This document shows, piece after piece, positions 29,033 to 39,149 of a DNA stretch of 64,000 bases. The position numbers and the translations under genes are program-made. The DNA comes from Pseudomonadota bacterium (GTDB lineage Bacteria; Pseudomonadota; Gammaproteobacteria; Burkholderiales; Rhodocyclaceae), in NCBI GenBank assembly GCA_026399515.1, contig JAPLQT010000121.1, positions 54,938 to 118,937 on the forward strand. The letters run 5' to 3'. Under the pieces are notes generated by a model, which was not told the DNA's origin, did no database searches, and saw nothing but the letters and a program-made list of their open reading frames with translations. The stretch's first letter is position 1, and each line of letters opens with the position of its first letter.

Positions 29033-29076
29033 TTTTGAAACTGTCGCAGATTTTCTTGGTCTTGTTTTGAAACTCC
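29033..29076. promoter_or_regulatory. Two copies of a 12-bp palindromic box (AGTTTTGAAACT / TGTTTTGAAACT) upstream of the binding-protein gene
   Basis: Boxes at 29033-29044 and 29065-29076 (32-bp period) lie in an AT-rich intergenic stretch 23-66 nt upstream of the ATG at 29010. Confidence 0.4.
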
Positions 29077-29141
29077 ATTAAAACACGTAACCCCCGCAGG
29101 TGTCTTCGGGTGCTGAAATCCCCGAGAACACCGCCCCATAT

Positions 29142-30218
29142 CTAATGTGGGAAGGGCCATAAACGCAACTTCTCCTTGCCGATCTGCCACAAGCGGGCCA
29201 GGCCATGCGGTTCGACAATCAGGAAGAAGATGATCAGCGCACCGAACACCATCAGTTCGACGCTCGAGGAAATTCCGGAAGGCAGTTCCAGCCCGAGGTC
29301 TTTCTCGAGAAAATGGAACATCACGTTGAGTGCAGTCGGCAACAATACGATGAAGGCCGAACCGAGAAAGGAGCCCAGCACGCTGCCGATACCGCCGATG
29401 ATCACCATGAACAGGATGCGGAACGACATTTCGATCGAAAAGCCTTCGGGCTCCACCGTGCCCAGGTAGGCATAGGCATACAGCGCGCCGGCGACGCCGC
29501 AGTAGAAGGAACTCACCGCGAAGGCCAGCAGCTTGGTGCGCATCGGCCGGAAGCCGATGACTTCGGCCGCCATGTCCATGTCGCGGATCGCCATCCAGGA
29601 ACGGCCGGTATTGGAGCGCACCATGTTCTTCGCCAGCAGGGCCATCACCGAAACCACGATCAGGACGAACAGGTATTTGCTCATCGGCGTATCGAAGGCA
29701 TAACCGAGGATCTCGATCTGTTGCGCGGTGATGACGCCGGAAGAACTGTAGTTGGTAAACCAGCCGATCTTGGTCAGGCACCAGACAATGAAAAACTGCG
29801 TGGCCAGGGTCGATGCCGCCAGGTAGAAGCCGCGGATGCGCAGGCTCGGCAGCCCGAAGACGATGCCCACCGCCGCGGCGCACAGCCCGCTCAGCATGAA
29901 TGCGATGAGGATGGGCATGCCGTCGATGCGCAGCATGAAGTTATACGAAGCGAACGCGCCGACCGCCATGAAGGCCGCCGTTCCCAGGGACAACTGGCCG
30001 GCATAGCCGGTCAGGATGTTGAGCCCGAGGGTGGCCAACGCGAAAATCAGAAAGGGGATCAGGATCGCCGAAAAATAGTAGGGCGAGGCGAACAAAGGCA
30101 CGGCAACGAAGGCGACCAGCAGGATAATGGCCATGCCTATCCTGTCTTGGCGGATCGGAAATATCTGGCTGTCTTCGGCGTACGTGGCCTTGAATTGGCC
30201 TGCTTCTCTGTAGAACAT
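29142..30218 (-). CDS. Branched-chain amino acid-type ABC permease (LivM-like)
   Basis: 358-aa polytopic ORF with the LivM-type block GYAGQLSLGTAAFMAVGAF. Confidence 0.85.
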   Translation of the reverse strand: MFYREAGQFKATYAEDSQIFPIRQDRIGMAIILLVAFVAVPLFASPYYFSAILIPFLIFALATLGLNILTGYAGQLSLGTAAFMAVGAFASYNFMLRIDGMPILIAFMLSGLCAAAVGIVFGLPSLRIRGFYLAASTLATQFFIVWCLTKIGWFTNYSSSGVITAQQIEILGYAFDTPMSKYLFVLIVVSVMALLAKNMVRSNTGRSWMAIRDMDMAAEVIGFRPMRTKLLAFAVSSFYCGVAGALYAYAYLGTVEPEGFSIEMSFRILFMVIIGGIGSVLGSFLGSAFIVLLPTALNVMFHFLEKDLGLELPSGISSSVELMVFGALIIFFLIVEPHGLARLWQIGKEKLRLWPFPH

Positions 30219-30236
30219 GGGTTGTCAGTATCTCTC

Positions 30237-31130
30237 TCAGATGCGGCGAATAATCTTCTCGCCGAATAAACCTTCGGGTCGAACCAGCAGAAACAGCAGC
30301 GCCAGCACATACGGGAACCAGCCCTCGATACCGCCGCCGACATAGGGACCGAGAAATACCTCGGCCAGTTTTTCCGAGGCGCCGATGATCAATCCGCCGA
30401 CGATGGCGCCGGGTACGCTGGTGAACCCGCCGAGAATCAGCACCGGCAGCGCCTTCAGCGCCACGAAGGTGAGCGCGAACTGCACGCCGTTGCGTGCCCC
30501 CCACAGCAGGCCGGCGACCAGGGCGACGAAGCCGGCCACACCCCACACGATGACCCAGATCTGTTGCAGCGGAATGCCGATCGACAGGGCTGCCTGATGA
30601 TCGTCGGCGACGGCACGTAAGGCCCGGCCGACCTTGGTCTTGGAGAAGAAGATGGCCAGCGCCGCGACCAATACGAAGGCGATGCCGGCGGCCACCAGGT
30701 CGAACTGGGAAATCGCGATGCCGGCGTTATCCAGCAGGAACTCCAGCGGTACGTCCTCGATGCCGAGTTCCAGTTTGCGCACGCTGGCGCCCCAGATGGC
30801 CTGGGCCAACCCTTCGATGAAGAAGGTCAGGCCGATGGTGACCATGAACAAGGTGATCTCCGCCTGATTGACCAGCGGCCGCAAGACGATTTTCTCGATG
30901 GCCACGGCCAGTACGATCATGATCGCCATGGTCAGCGGCACCGCCAGCCATAGCGAGAGGCCCATGTCATGCAGGCCGACCGCGGTCAGCGCGGCGAAGA
31001 ACACCATGGCGCCCTGGGCGAAGTTGAATACTCCCGAGGCCTTGTAGATCAGCACGAAACCCAGCGCCACCAGCGAATACATGATGCCTGAGAGCAGGCC
31101 GCCGAGCAGGACTTCAAGGAAGAATTGCAT
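30237..31130 (-). CDS. Branched-chain amino acid-type ABC permease (LivH-like)
   Basis: 297-aa polytopic ORF with the LivH-type N-terminus LLGGLLSGIMYSLVALGFVLIYKASGVFNFAQG. Confidence 0.85.
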   Translation of the reverse strand: MQFFLEVLLGGLLSGIMYSLVALGFVLIYKASGVFNFAQGAMVFFAALTAVGLHDMGLSLWLAVPLTMAIMIVLAVAIEKIVLRPLVNQAEITLFMVTIGLTFFIEGLAQAIWGASVRKLELGIEDVPLEFLLDNAGIAISQFDLVAAGIAFVLVAALAIFFSKTKVGRALRAVADDHQAALSIGIPLQQIWVIVWGVAGFVALVAGLLWGARNGVQFALTFVALKALPVLILGGFTSVPGAIVGGLIIGASEKLAEVFLGPYVGGGIEGWFPYVLALLFLLVRPEGLFGEKIIRRI

Positions 31131-31151
31131 GATGTGGTTCCGCCTCCAGCC

Positions 31152-31940
31152 TTAGTGTGCGACGCCCAGATAGGCGTTGATGACGTCGCGATTGGTGCGG
31201 ACTTCGTCCGGCGTCCCGTCGCCGATCTTCTTGCCGTAGTCGAGCACCACGACGCGGTCGGAAATATCCATCACCACGCCCATGTCGTGTTCGATCAGCA
31301 CGATGGTGGTGCCGAGCTGGTCGTTCACGTCGAGTATGAAGCGGCACATGTCCTGTTTCTCCTCGACGTTCATGCCGGCCATCGGTTCGTCCAGCAACAG
31401 GATCGAAGGCTCGGCGGCCAGCGCGCGGCCCAGTTCGACGCGCTTCTGCAGGCCGTAGGCGAGGCGTCCGACCGGCGTCTTGCGGATGTGCTGGATCTCG
31501 AGGAAGTCGATGATCTCCTCGACCTTCTTGCGGTGTTCGATTTCCTCGCGCCGGGCCGGCCCCCAGTAGATCGCGTCGAGCAGGAAGTTCGACTTCATCT
31601 TGAGGTTGCGTCCGGTCATGATGTTGTCGAGCACGCTCATGCCCTTGAACAGCGCAATATTCTGGAAGGTGCGCGCTATGCCACTCTTGGCCGACTCGTA
31701 GGTGTTCATGTCGCGGCGATGTTTGCCGTGGAAGATGATCTCGCCTTCCTGCGGGTGGTAGACGCCGTTGATGACGTTGAGCATTGAGCTCTTGCCGGCG
31801 CCGTTGGGGCCGATGATGGCGCGGATTTCATGCTCGCGCACGTCGAAGCCGATATTGGTGAGTGCCTTCACGCCGCCGAACGACAGCGAGATGTTCTCGA
31901 AACTCAGGATGACGTCGCCGATTTTTCTGCCGGTATCCAT
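31152..31940 (-). CDS. Branched-chain amino acid-type ABC transporter ATP-binding protein (LivG-like)
   Basis: I placed the start at the ATG giving MDTGRKIGDVILSFENISLSFGG (31940). GPNGAGKSS, LAYGLQKRVELGRAL and LLLDEPMAGM are present. Confidence 0.85.
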   Translation of the reverse strand: MDTGRKIGDVILSFENISLSFGGVKALTNIGFDVREHEIRAIIGPNGAGKSSMLNVINGVYHPQEGEIIFHGKHRRDMNTYESAKSGIARTFQNIALFKGMSVLDNIMTGRNLKMKSNFLLDAIYWGPARREEIEHRKKVEEIIDFLEIQHIRKTPVGRLAYGLQKRVELGRALAAEPSILLLDEPMAGMNVEEKQDMCRFILDVNDQLGTTIVLIEHDMGVVMDISDRVVVLDYGKKIGDGTPDEVRTNRDVINAYLGVAH

Positions 31941-31953
31941 CGCTCGGTTATCC

Positions 31954-33930
31954 TCACGCCGCTTTCTTCGCCGACTGCGGCGGATAGGTCTTGGCTTCCA
32001 TGATGCGCAGATCGGCGCTGACCATGCCGGTGCGCCCATCCTCGAACCTGACCTGGGTCTCGATGAATTGCGATTGCTTGCCCGAATACAGCGAGTCGAT
32101 CAGCACCCGGTATTTGTCCGCGACGAAACCGCGCCGGACTTTTCTTGTCCGGGTCAGTTCGTCGTCGTCCGGATCGAGTTCCTTGTGCAGAACCAGGAAG
32201 CGATGCACCTGGGAATCGCTGAGCATCGGGTCGTGGGACAACTCGGCGTTGGAATTCTCGACGCACTCGCGGATCAGGTCATAGACTTCGTTCTTCTGCG
32301 CCAGGTCGGTGTAGCCGGAGTAGGCGATGTTGCGGCGTTCGGCCCAGTTGCCCACCGCGCCCATGTCGATGTTGATGAAGGCGCAGACCTTCTCCAGGCC
32401 GTGGCCGAACACCACCGCCTCCTTGATGTAGGAAACGAACTTGAGCTTGTTCTCGATATAGTTGGGTGCGAACAGGGAGCCGTTGGCCATCTTGCCGACA
32501 TCCTTGGCCCGGTCGATGATCTTCAGGTGGCCGTCCTCGTCGAAGAAGCCGGCATCGCCGGTATGGAAAAATCCCTCGCGGTCGATGGCTTCCGCGGTAT
32601 CGTCCGGCCGCTTGTAGTATTCCTTGAGCAGCATCTCGCCGCGCACCAACACCTCGCCGTTGTCGGCGATCTTCACCTCGACCCCCGGCGCGGGTTTCCC
32701 GACGCTGTCGAACTTGATCTCGCCGTCCGGTTGCAGGCATACCGCGGCGCAGGTTTCCGTCGATCCGTAAAGCTGTTTCAGGTTGATGCCGATGGAGCGG
32801 TAGAAGCGAAACAGATCGGGGCCGATCGCCGCGCCGGCGGTGTAGGCGACGCGGATGCGGCTCATTCCGAGCACATTGCGCAGCGGCCCGTACACCAGCA
32901 CATTGCCCAGCGCATAGAGTTGCCGGTCCAGTGCCGCGACGCCCGGTTTGCCATCGAGTATCTCCGCGCCGCAGCGCCTTGCCACCGCCATGAAATAGTG
33001 GAACATCCGACGTTTGAGGGCGCTGGCGTCTTCCATGCGGATCATCACCGTGGTGAGCAGGTTTTCGAACACTCGCGGCGGCGCGAAATAATAGGTCGGT
33101 CCGATCTCCCGTAGATCGGTCATCACGGTCTCGCCTGACTCCGGACAATTGATGGTGAAGCCTGCCACCATCGCCTGCGCGTAGGAGAAAAGGTGGTCGC
33201 CGACCCAGGCCATCGGCAGGTAGGAGAGGATGTCGTCGTCCGGGCCCAGGCTGTCGAAGTCGACCCCGCTCCGGGCCGCCGTGATGAAGGATGCGTGCGT
33301 CTGGCAGACCCCCTTGGGCTTGCCGGTGGTGCCCGAGGTGTAGAGCATGACCGCGATATCCTCCGGGCGGCCCAACGCGATCTCCCCGTCGAGAAAGTCG
33401 GGATGCGACTTGTCGTGGATGCGTCCCATCTCGACGACTTCGTCCAGGCCCTGGATGAAAGTCTGGTTGTAGTGGCGCATGCCGCGCGGGTCGTCGTAAA
33501 GAATGTGGGCCAGGGCCGGGCAAGCCTCCTTGACTTCCAGCAGCTTGTCGACCTGCTCCTGATCCTCGACGATGGCGAACCTGATTTCGGCGTTCTCCAG
33601 GACGAAGGACATCTCCTGCGCCACGGCATCCTGGTACATCGGCACTGGCACGCCGCCCAGCATTTGTGCAGCGCACATCGCCCAATAGAGCCGCGGCCGG
33701 TTGTCGCCGACGATGGCGAGATTGTCGCCGCGCTTGAAGCCCAGCGCCGACAGACCGCAAGCCATCGCCCGTGTCTCGGCGGCGACCTCGCTCCAGGTCC
33801 AGGCCTGCCAGATGCCCAGGTCCTTTTCGCGCGTCGCCACCTGCCCGCCACGCGCGCTGGCGTGCCGCATCAGGAGACGCGGAAAGGTATCGAGGCGGTC
33901 GCCAAGGACTTGGGCCGCTGTTGCGGGCAT
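31954..33930 (-). CDS. AMP-dependent long-chain acyl-CoA synthetase
   Basis: The start ATG giving MPATAAQVLGD is preceded by GAGGAGGA. AMP-binding motif YTSGTTGKPKGV. It is the first gene of the ABC cluster operon. Confidence 0.85.
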   Translation of the reverse strand: MPATAAQVLGDRLDTFPRLLMRHASARGGQVATREKDLGIWQAWTWSEVAAETRAMACGLSALGFKRGDNLAIVGDNRPRLYWAMCAAQMLGGVPVPMYQDAVAQEMSFVLENAEIRFAIVEDQEQVDKLLEVKEACPALAHILYDDPRGMRHYNQTFIQGLDEVVEMGRIHDKSHPDFLDGEIALGRPEDIAVMLYTSGTTGKPKGVCQTHASFITAARSGVDFDSLGPDDDILSYLPMAWVGDHLFSYAQAMVAGFTINCPESGETVMTDLREIGPTYYFAPPRVFENLLTTVMIRMEDASALKRRMFHYFMAVARRCGAEILDGKPGVAALDRQLYALGNVLVYGPLRNVLGMSRIRVAYTAGAAIGPDLFRFYRSIGINLKQLYGSTETCAAVCLQPDGEIKFDSVGKPAPGVEVKIADNGEVLVRGEMLLKEYYKRPDDTAEAIDREGFFHTGDAGFFDEDGHLKIIDRAKDVGKMANGSLFAPNYIENKLKFVSYIKEAVVFGHGLEKVCAFINIDMGAVGNWAERRNIAYSGYTDLAQKNEVYDLIRECVENSNAELSHDPMLSDSQVHRFLVLHKELDPDDDELTRTRKVRRGFVADKYRVLIDSLYSGKQSQFIETQVRFEDGRTGMVSADLRIMEAKTYPPQSAKKAA

Positions 33931-34102
33931 TTCGGTCTCCTCCTCAGGTAACTGTATGCCGGCCGCCTGTCTCGCTGCGGTTTTACCGGGCACATCCATA
34001 CCGAATATTTTTTGGCTTGCCGGGTCGATTCTAAACGTAAATCCTCCCGGCGCAAGCCTGTCCAGCGCTATCTTACGGCCTTGGAACCTCTATAATTGTC
34101 GC

Positions 34103-34813
34103 GTGGCGGACAATCCAGACCTCGACCCGGAAGCAACAGCACCCAGCTTGGCGCAAAGGCTGCGCACTTGCAGTTGGGCGTCCGATCTTTCCGAAGACGA
34201 GTTCGCCCGCGTCGAAGCGGGTGTTTTCGAGCGTTTCATCCCCGCGGGCGGCTTCGTTTGCCGCAAGGGCGAACCGGCCGAATACTGGCTCGGCGTCATC
34301 GACGGCCTGCTCAAGATTTCCAGCGACTGGGTGACGGGAAAAACCGCCACCCTGTCCGGCATGCCCTCCGGTGGCTGGTTCGGCGAGGGCTCGCTGCTCA
34401 AGGTCGAACGCCTGCGCTACGACGCCATTGCCATGCGCGACTCACGGGTCGCCTACATGCGCCGGGAAACCTTCCAGTGGCTGCTGGACCACAGCATCGC
34501 CTTCAACCGCTTCCTGCTGACGCAATTGAACGAACGCCTCGGCCAATTTATCGGCACCCTCGAATCGGAACGCCTGCTGGACACCGACGCCCGTGTCGCG
34601 CGAGCCCTGGCCTCGCTGTTCAACACCGTGCTGTTTCCCGGCACCGCCCACAACCTGGCGATTTCCCAGGAAGAAATCGGCTACCTCGCCGGCATCTCGC
34701 GCCAGCGGGTCAATCGCTCGCTGAAGATCCTCGAGGATGCCGGCTTCCTCGAAGTTGCCTATGGTGGGGTGAAAATCGTGGATCTGGAGGGCTTGCGCCG
34801 CTTTGGCGGTTAG
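34103..34813 (+). CDS. Crp/Fnr family transcriptional regulator
   Basis: cNMP-binding-like region (GEPAEYWLGVIDGLLKIS...GGWFGEGSLL) and C-terminal HTH (SQEEIGYLAGISRQRVNRSLKIL). The start is tentatively the GTG at 34103. The longer ORF-track N-terminus is an antisense shadow of the ligase gene. Confidence 0.75.
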   Translation: MADNPDLDPEATAPSLAQRLRTCSWASDLSEDEFARVEAGVFERFIPAGGFVCRKGEPAEYWLGVIDGLLKISSDWVTGKTATLSGMPSGGWFGEGSLLKVERLRYDAIAMRDSRVAYMRRETFQWLLDHSIAFNRFLLTQLNERLGQFIGTLESERLLDTDARVARALASLFNTVLFPGTAHNLAISQEEIGYLAGISRQRVNRSLKILEDAGFLEVAYGGVKIVDLEGLRRFGG

Positions 34814-36945
34814 GGTTGCTTCACGGCGGTGCCGGTTTCCTCGAACAAGAATGAGAACATATCCGTCACTTCGGCGATGCGCTCCGACAGTGCGGTGCCT
34901 ATGCCGTGGCCGCTGCTGGCGCTGGTGCGCAGCAGGACAGGCTTGCCTTGAGGATTGGCCGCCTGGAGCCGGGCGATCATCTTGCGCGATTGCGCAGGAT
35001 TGACGCGGCCGTCGTGGTCGCCGGTGGTCATCAGGATAGACGGGTAGGCGGTGCCGTCCTGGACATGGTGGAAGGGGGAATAGGCATACAGGGCGTCGAA
35101 CTGCGCCTTGTCCTTCACCGTGCCGAACTCGGTGATGTTGAAAGCGCCGTTGGGATCGAGTTCTATCCGCAACATGTCGTAAATCCCGACCGAGCTGACC
35201 ACGGCACGAAACAGCGCCGGCCGCTGCGTCAGCGCCGCGCCCATCAACAGGCCGCCGTTGCTGCCGCCCAGAATCGCCAGGCGTTGGGCGGAGGTGTAGC
35301 GATGCGCCACCAGGTATTCCGCCGAAGCGATGAAATCGTCGAAGACCGTCTGCTTGCGGGTGAGATTGCCGGCCTTGTGCCAGGCTTCGCCGTATTCCCC
35401 GCCGCCGCGCAGGTTGGCGATCACATACACGCCGCCCTGATCCAGCCATAGCCGCGCCGCCAGTGAAAATGCCGGCTTCAGGCTGATCCCGTAGCCGCCA
35501 TAGGCGGTCAGCAGGGCCGGATTATTGCCGTCCAGCGTCGTGCCCTTGCGACGCAGGATGTTCAAGGGCACCTTGGTCCCATCCTTGGCGATGGCGAATT
35601 CGCGCACCACTTCGGCGTCGCTGAAATCCGCCGCGGAAGTGACCGCCAGCGATGTCTTGACAGCGTCGCCGGTGGCGCCGATCCGATACCAGGCCGGCGG
35701 CGCCAGAAAGCTGGTAAGGCGCGCCAGCACTTGACCCTGGCCGGTGCGCACCAGATCGGCGACGCCGCTCACCGGGGGCAGCGCGACGGTACTCGCCTGG
35801 CGCGTGGTGGTGTCGATGATCTTGAGTTGCGAGGGACCGCCCACCAGCAGCGAGACGAACAGGAGTTTGCCCGCCGGTTCGAATTGCTCGATGCTGCCTT
35901 CGTCCTCGGCGACGATCAGTTGCGCCTGCCTGAGGCTGGGATGGTCCAGCGCCACGCGCACGATCTTGCCGCGCGGCGCCTTCTTCAGGGAGCGCAGATA
36001 CAGATAGCCGTCCTGGCCGAACTCGGCATGCTTGATCTGATCCGCGAATTTCGCGATCCTGCGCCACTGGCCTTTGGTCTTCAGGTAAAAGGCATAGTCG
36101 CCGCCATCGCCGTTGGCGACCTGGGCGAGTGTGTATTTGCCGTCCGCTGAGGTGGCCAGCCGGGTCTCCGCGATGCGCGGAAACTCCTTGCCGATTTCAT
36201 AACGATCCTGGCTGGTCGGCGTGCCCAGGGTGTGGAAATACACTTGCTGGAAGAAATGCAGATCGGCCTCGGGACGTTCGCCGGCGGCCGGATAGCGGGT
36301 GTAGTAGACGCCGCTGCCGTCGGCGTTCCAGGCGACGCTGCCGCCGCCGGTCGGATAGGCAACACGTGGCACGCGGTCACCGAGATCCTTGCCGGTGGCG
36401 GTGTCGAAGACATGCAGGGTGCCGTCTTCGCTGCCGTTTTCCGACAGCGACACCGCGACTTTCGACCCATCCGGCGAGGGCTGGAAGAAGTCTATGGTCA
36501 ATGTCCCTTTGTCCGACATCAGGTTCGGGTCCAGCAGGACTCTTTCACCGATCGGTTGGCTGGCCGAGTCCAGGGTCACCAGCAGGGGCTGCTGCTTCGG
36601 CGGCTGCCGCTTCAACGCGAACAACTTGCCGCCGCTCTCGATCAATCCGTAGTGGTCATTCGACGTCGAAGTAAACAGCGTTTTCGCCCGTTCCGCCACG
36701 ATGGCACGCGCCGGAAAAGCATCCAGCCGTTGGCGCGTCAGTTGGTTCTCCTGGACGACCCATTGCGTGACCGCGGCATCGTCGGTCTTCTCAAGCCACT
36801 GGTAGCCGTCGCTGACGGCAACGCCATGGTAGCGGTCGACCTTCGGCTGCTTTGCGGCGACAGGGTAGGCAGGCCCCTCGGCGACCGCGGGAAGGCTGGC
36901 GGTCATGGCGACCAGGGCAAGCATGAGGCGGGGCAGGGAGCGCAT
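34810..36945 (-). CDS. Prolyl oligopeptidase (S9A) family serine peptidase, secreted
   Basis: 711-aa ORF with signal peptide MRSLPRLMLALVAMTASLPAVA, a beta-propeller-sized N-terminal part, and a catalytic domain with GGSNGGLL and TGDHDGRV. Confidence 0.85.
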   Translation of the reverse strand: MRSLPRLMLALVAMTASLPAVAEGPAYPVAAKQPKVDRYHGVAVSDGYQWLEKTDDAAVTQWVVQENQLTRQRLDAFPARAIVAERAKTLFTSTSNDHYGLIESGGKLFALKRQPPKQQPLLVTLDSASQPIGERVLLDPNLMSDKGTLTIDFFQPSPDGSKVAVSLSENGSEDGTLHVFDTATGKDLGDRVPRVAYPTGGGSVAWNADGSGVYYTRYPAAGERPEADLHFFQQVYFHTLGTPTSQDRYEIGKEFPRIAETRLATSADGKYTLAQVANGDGGDYAFYLKTKGQWRRIAKFADQIKHAEFGQDGYLYLRSLKKAPRGKIVRVALDHPSLRQAQLIVAEDEGSIEQFEPAGKLLFVSLLVGGPSQLKIIDTTTRQASTVALPPVSGVADLVRTGQGQVLARLTSFLAPPAWYRIGATGDAVKTSLAVTSAADFSDAEVVREFAIAKDGTKVPLNILRRKGTTLDGNNPALLTAYGGYGISLKPAFSLAARLWLDQGGVYVIANLRGGGEYGEAWHKAGNLTRKQTVFDDFIASAEYLVAHRYTSAQRLAILGGSNGGLLMGAALTQRPALFRAVVSSVGIYDMLRIELDPNGAFNITEFGTVKDKAQFDALYAYSPFHHVQDGTAYPSILMTTGDHDGRVNPAQSRKMIARLQAANPQGKPVLLRTSASSGHGIGTALSERIAEVTDMFSFLFEETGTAVKQP

Positions 36946-37260
36946 GGTGTGTGCCTTGTCATGGGGGGAGTATGACGGACAAGAGTATCACAGACGTCAA
37001 ATATTCTCACATGGAGATGATTTTTCGCACTGCCCGTCCCGGCTGCGACTCCCACCGTGCATGATCATCGAGGCATAAAGGTTCCGCCGAGTTCCGATAC
37101 GCATAGGTACATAGTTGCGTGCCTAAAATGTCCTGATAATTACGTATCGCATGGATTAGAACTAATTAGATAAAAAAGGCTGCCGCTGGCAGGGCAGACC
37201 GAGAAATCCAAGTGTTACCACTGTTCCGGTCTCGATCAGTCTTCAAGGGGGAGATGAGCG

Positions 37261-38202
37261 ATGGGACTTACGGCTTTCATCGACGTAGCGATCGGCCTCA
37301 TAGTGATCTATCTAGGCGCCAGCCTGATGATTACGGTGTTCAACGAGTGGCTGTCCCAAGTCAAGGAATGGCGACAGCAAGTGCTCGCCAAATCGCTTGA
37401 ACAACTTTTCAACGGCCAAGGGTTCGCCCAAGCGCTCGAAAAATTGCCTGGACTCCCGCTCCTGAGCGATCTCCTCAAGACTCAGCGCAGCCAAGCCGAC
37501 CCTATCCTGTTGGCGCGAGGCGTCGCTGCCGCCCTCAGCGACGGCGCCGCCGAGGGCAAGGCAACGCTCGAAGCGGTGCGCGCCGGTCTCCGGCATCTGC
37601 CTGAGTCCCAGGCCAAACAAACTCTTACGGCTCTCGCCGCGACCTGTGCCGACGACCTGGAACGTTTTGTCCGAGAAGCTGGCGCCTCGATCGACCATGC
37701 CCTGACCAACCTCGGGCAGACCTACCGAAACCGCATGCAACTGGTCAGCTTTCTGCTCGGCCTGACCATCTCGATCGCCTTCAACATCGACACCCTGCAC
37801 TTGGTCGACCGCCTTTACACCGACAAGGCCTTGCGCAACCAAGCCGTGGCCATGGCCGAGGGTCTTGCGACCATGACCAAAGCGGAACAACTACAGGACT
37901 GCGCCGCAGAATGGGGCAAGGATCCCAAGTCGGTAAGCCAGGGCTGCACTCCGGTTGCCCGGCTCCTCGACGCCACCATCGCACTCCGGCAGCCCGGCCA
38001 GGCTGCCCTGCCGATCGGCTGGGGCGAAGGCCGTCGACACACGCCCGACACCGCTACTGCCGCCATGCTGAGCCTCCTCGGCTGGTTGATCACCGCCGTC
38101 GCGATCTCCTTCGGCGCCCCGTTCTGGTTCGATCTTCTCGGTAAACTGCTGAGCCTGCGTCGCGGCTTCGCCGCCGCGCCACCGTCAAACTCCAACCCTT
38201 AG
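37261..38202 (+). CDS. Hypothetical membrane protein (N-terminal TM, central TM, C-terminal TM)
   Basis: 313-aa ORF with ATG preceded by GGGGGAGA. Hydrophobic segments are FIDVAIGLIVIYLGASLMITVF, LVSFLLGLTISIAF and MLSLLGWLITAVAISFGAPFWF. No family recognised. It is the first gene after an AT-rich gap. Confidence 0.55.
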   Translation: MGLTAFIDVAIGLIVIYLGASLMITVFNEWLSQVKEWRQQVLAKSLEQLFNGQGFAQALEKLPGLPLLSDLLKTQRSQADPILLARGVAAALSDGAAEGKATLEAVRAGLRHLPESQAKQTLTALAATCADDLERFVREAGASIDHALTNLGQTYRNRMQLVSFLLGLTISIAFNIDTLHLVDRLYTDKALRNQAVAMAEGLATMTKAEQLQDCAAEWGKDPKSVSQGCTPVARLLDATIALRQPGQAALPIGWGEGRRHTPDTATAAMLSLLGWLITAVAISFGAPFWFDLLGKLLSLRRGFAAAPPSNSNP

Positions 38203-38230
38203 CGCCTTGATGAATCTGCCCGGGATATTC

Positions 38231-38587
38231 ATGCGCGCTCGGTTACTTCTCCCTGCCATGGTCGCAGGTTTCGTCGCGGCTTGTACGACGGTGACCATCG
38301 TTGATCGGGAGGGCACGACGAAAGTCTCGCGGCATTTCGGCTTCGTTGGCATCGAACTCAGCCCGCAAACCGATGCGGTGGTGGCCGAAGTCACCAGTCT
38401 CGGCTACCACGGTGGTCCACTGGGGCTCAGCCTGGGTGTCAATCACACGGCCATCGCTGCAACTGCGCGGAATTGCCGTCTCATTGTCTGGCTGCGTAGC
38501 GGTAAAGACGCCGCGCAACTGGATCAACTGCTCGGAAAAACCCCGGGCTTATGCATCGTCAATCCCATCTTGGAGGAAAAACCATGA
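38231..38587 (+). CDS. Hypothetical lipoprotein
   Basis: MRARLLLPAMVAGFVAAC has a lipobox (VAAC). The start could also be at 38207 or 38210. The stop overlaps the next start (ATGA at 38584-38587). Confidence 0.55.
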   Translation: MRARLLLPAMVAGFVAACTTVTIVDREGTTKVSRHFGFVGIELSPQTDAVVAEVTSLGYHGGPLGLSLGVNHTAIAATARNCRLIVWLRSGKDAAQLDQLLGKTPGLCIVNPILEEKP

Positions 38588-39069
38588 ACAAGACCGTACT
38601 CGCAAGCGTTGCGATGATCATCCTGGGCGGATGCGCGGAAATACCGAAGAACATGCCGCTGGTGTTCGGCGAGTCGATCACCGTCGGCATCGGCATCGGT
38701 AGCTCGGCCGCGGATCAGGGCATGGACTTCACGCTGGGCGTCAAGACCAGGGATATTGCGGTGATTCCCGTTGTCGCCTACGACAAGGACGGTCAGCGGG
38801 TGGCGATCTACGCGGAAGTTACCGAGACCACTACCGGGACCGAGTCTTCCGAAACGCAAGGCGACAGGAAGATCGTCACCAAGAATCCGGAGACCAAAGT
38901 CGTCAACAAGGACTCGTATTCTGTGCTCGGCCAGTTCGGCAGTACGACCGATGTCAGTACCAAACGCGTGGGCCTGGGCAAGTTCTTCGCTACCGGCGCC
39001 GCGGCCCAGCAATTGTCTGAAGGATTCGCCGAATGCCTGAAGAAGGATAACTGCGGTTCGACCCGGTAA
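38584..39069 (+). CDS. Hypothetical lipoprotein
   Basis: MNKTVLASVAMIILGGC has a lipobox (LGGC). Thr/Ser/Lys-rich mature part. Translationally coupled to the preceding lipoprotein gene. Confidence 0.6.
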   Translation: MNKTVLASVAMIILGGCAEIPKNMPLVFGESITVGIGIGSSAADQGMDFTLGVKTRDIAVIPVVAYDKDGQRVAIYAEVTETTTGTESSETQGDRKIVTKNPETKVVNKDSYSVLGQFGSTTDVSTKRVGLGKFFATGAAAQQLSEGFAECLKKDNCGSTR

Positions 39070-39149
39070 GTAAGGGTCGGCAGTATAAGCCGAGCCATTA
39101 TTTCGCCTTATAAACCACCGACGCCCACCTTTGCTTGCGAGGAGCCGCC

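Noticed and set aside
33701-34102. A 134-codon N-terminal extension of the Crp/Fnr ORF.
   Set aside because: The extension is antisense to the acyl-CoA synthetase gene and has no regulator-like sequence. The cNMP-binding similarity only begins after about 34103.
37170-37200. A terminator-like hairpin with an A/T run (aaaaaaggctgccgctggcag) upstream of the first gene of the block.
   Set aside because: The stem is only 5 bp. The T-run is on the minus strand, where no upstream gene exists to terminate. It is not convincing.
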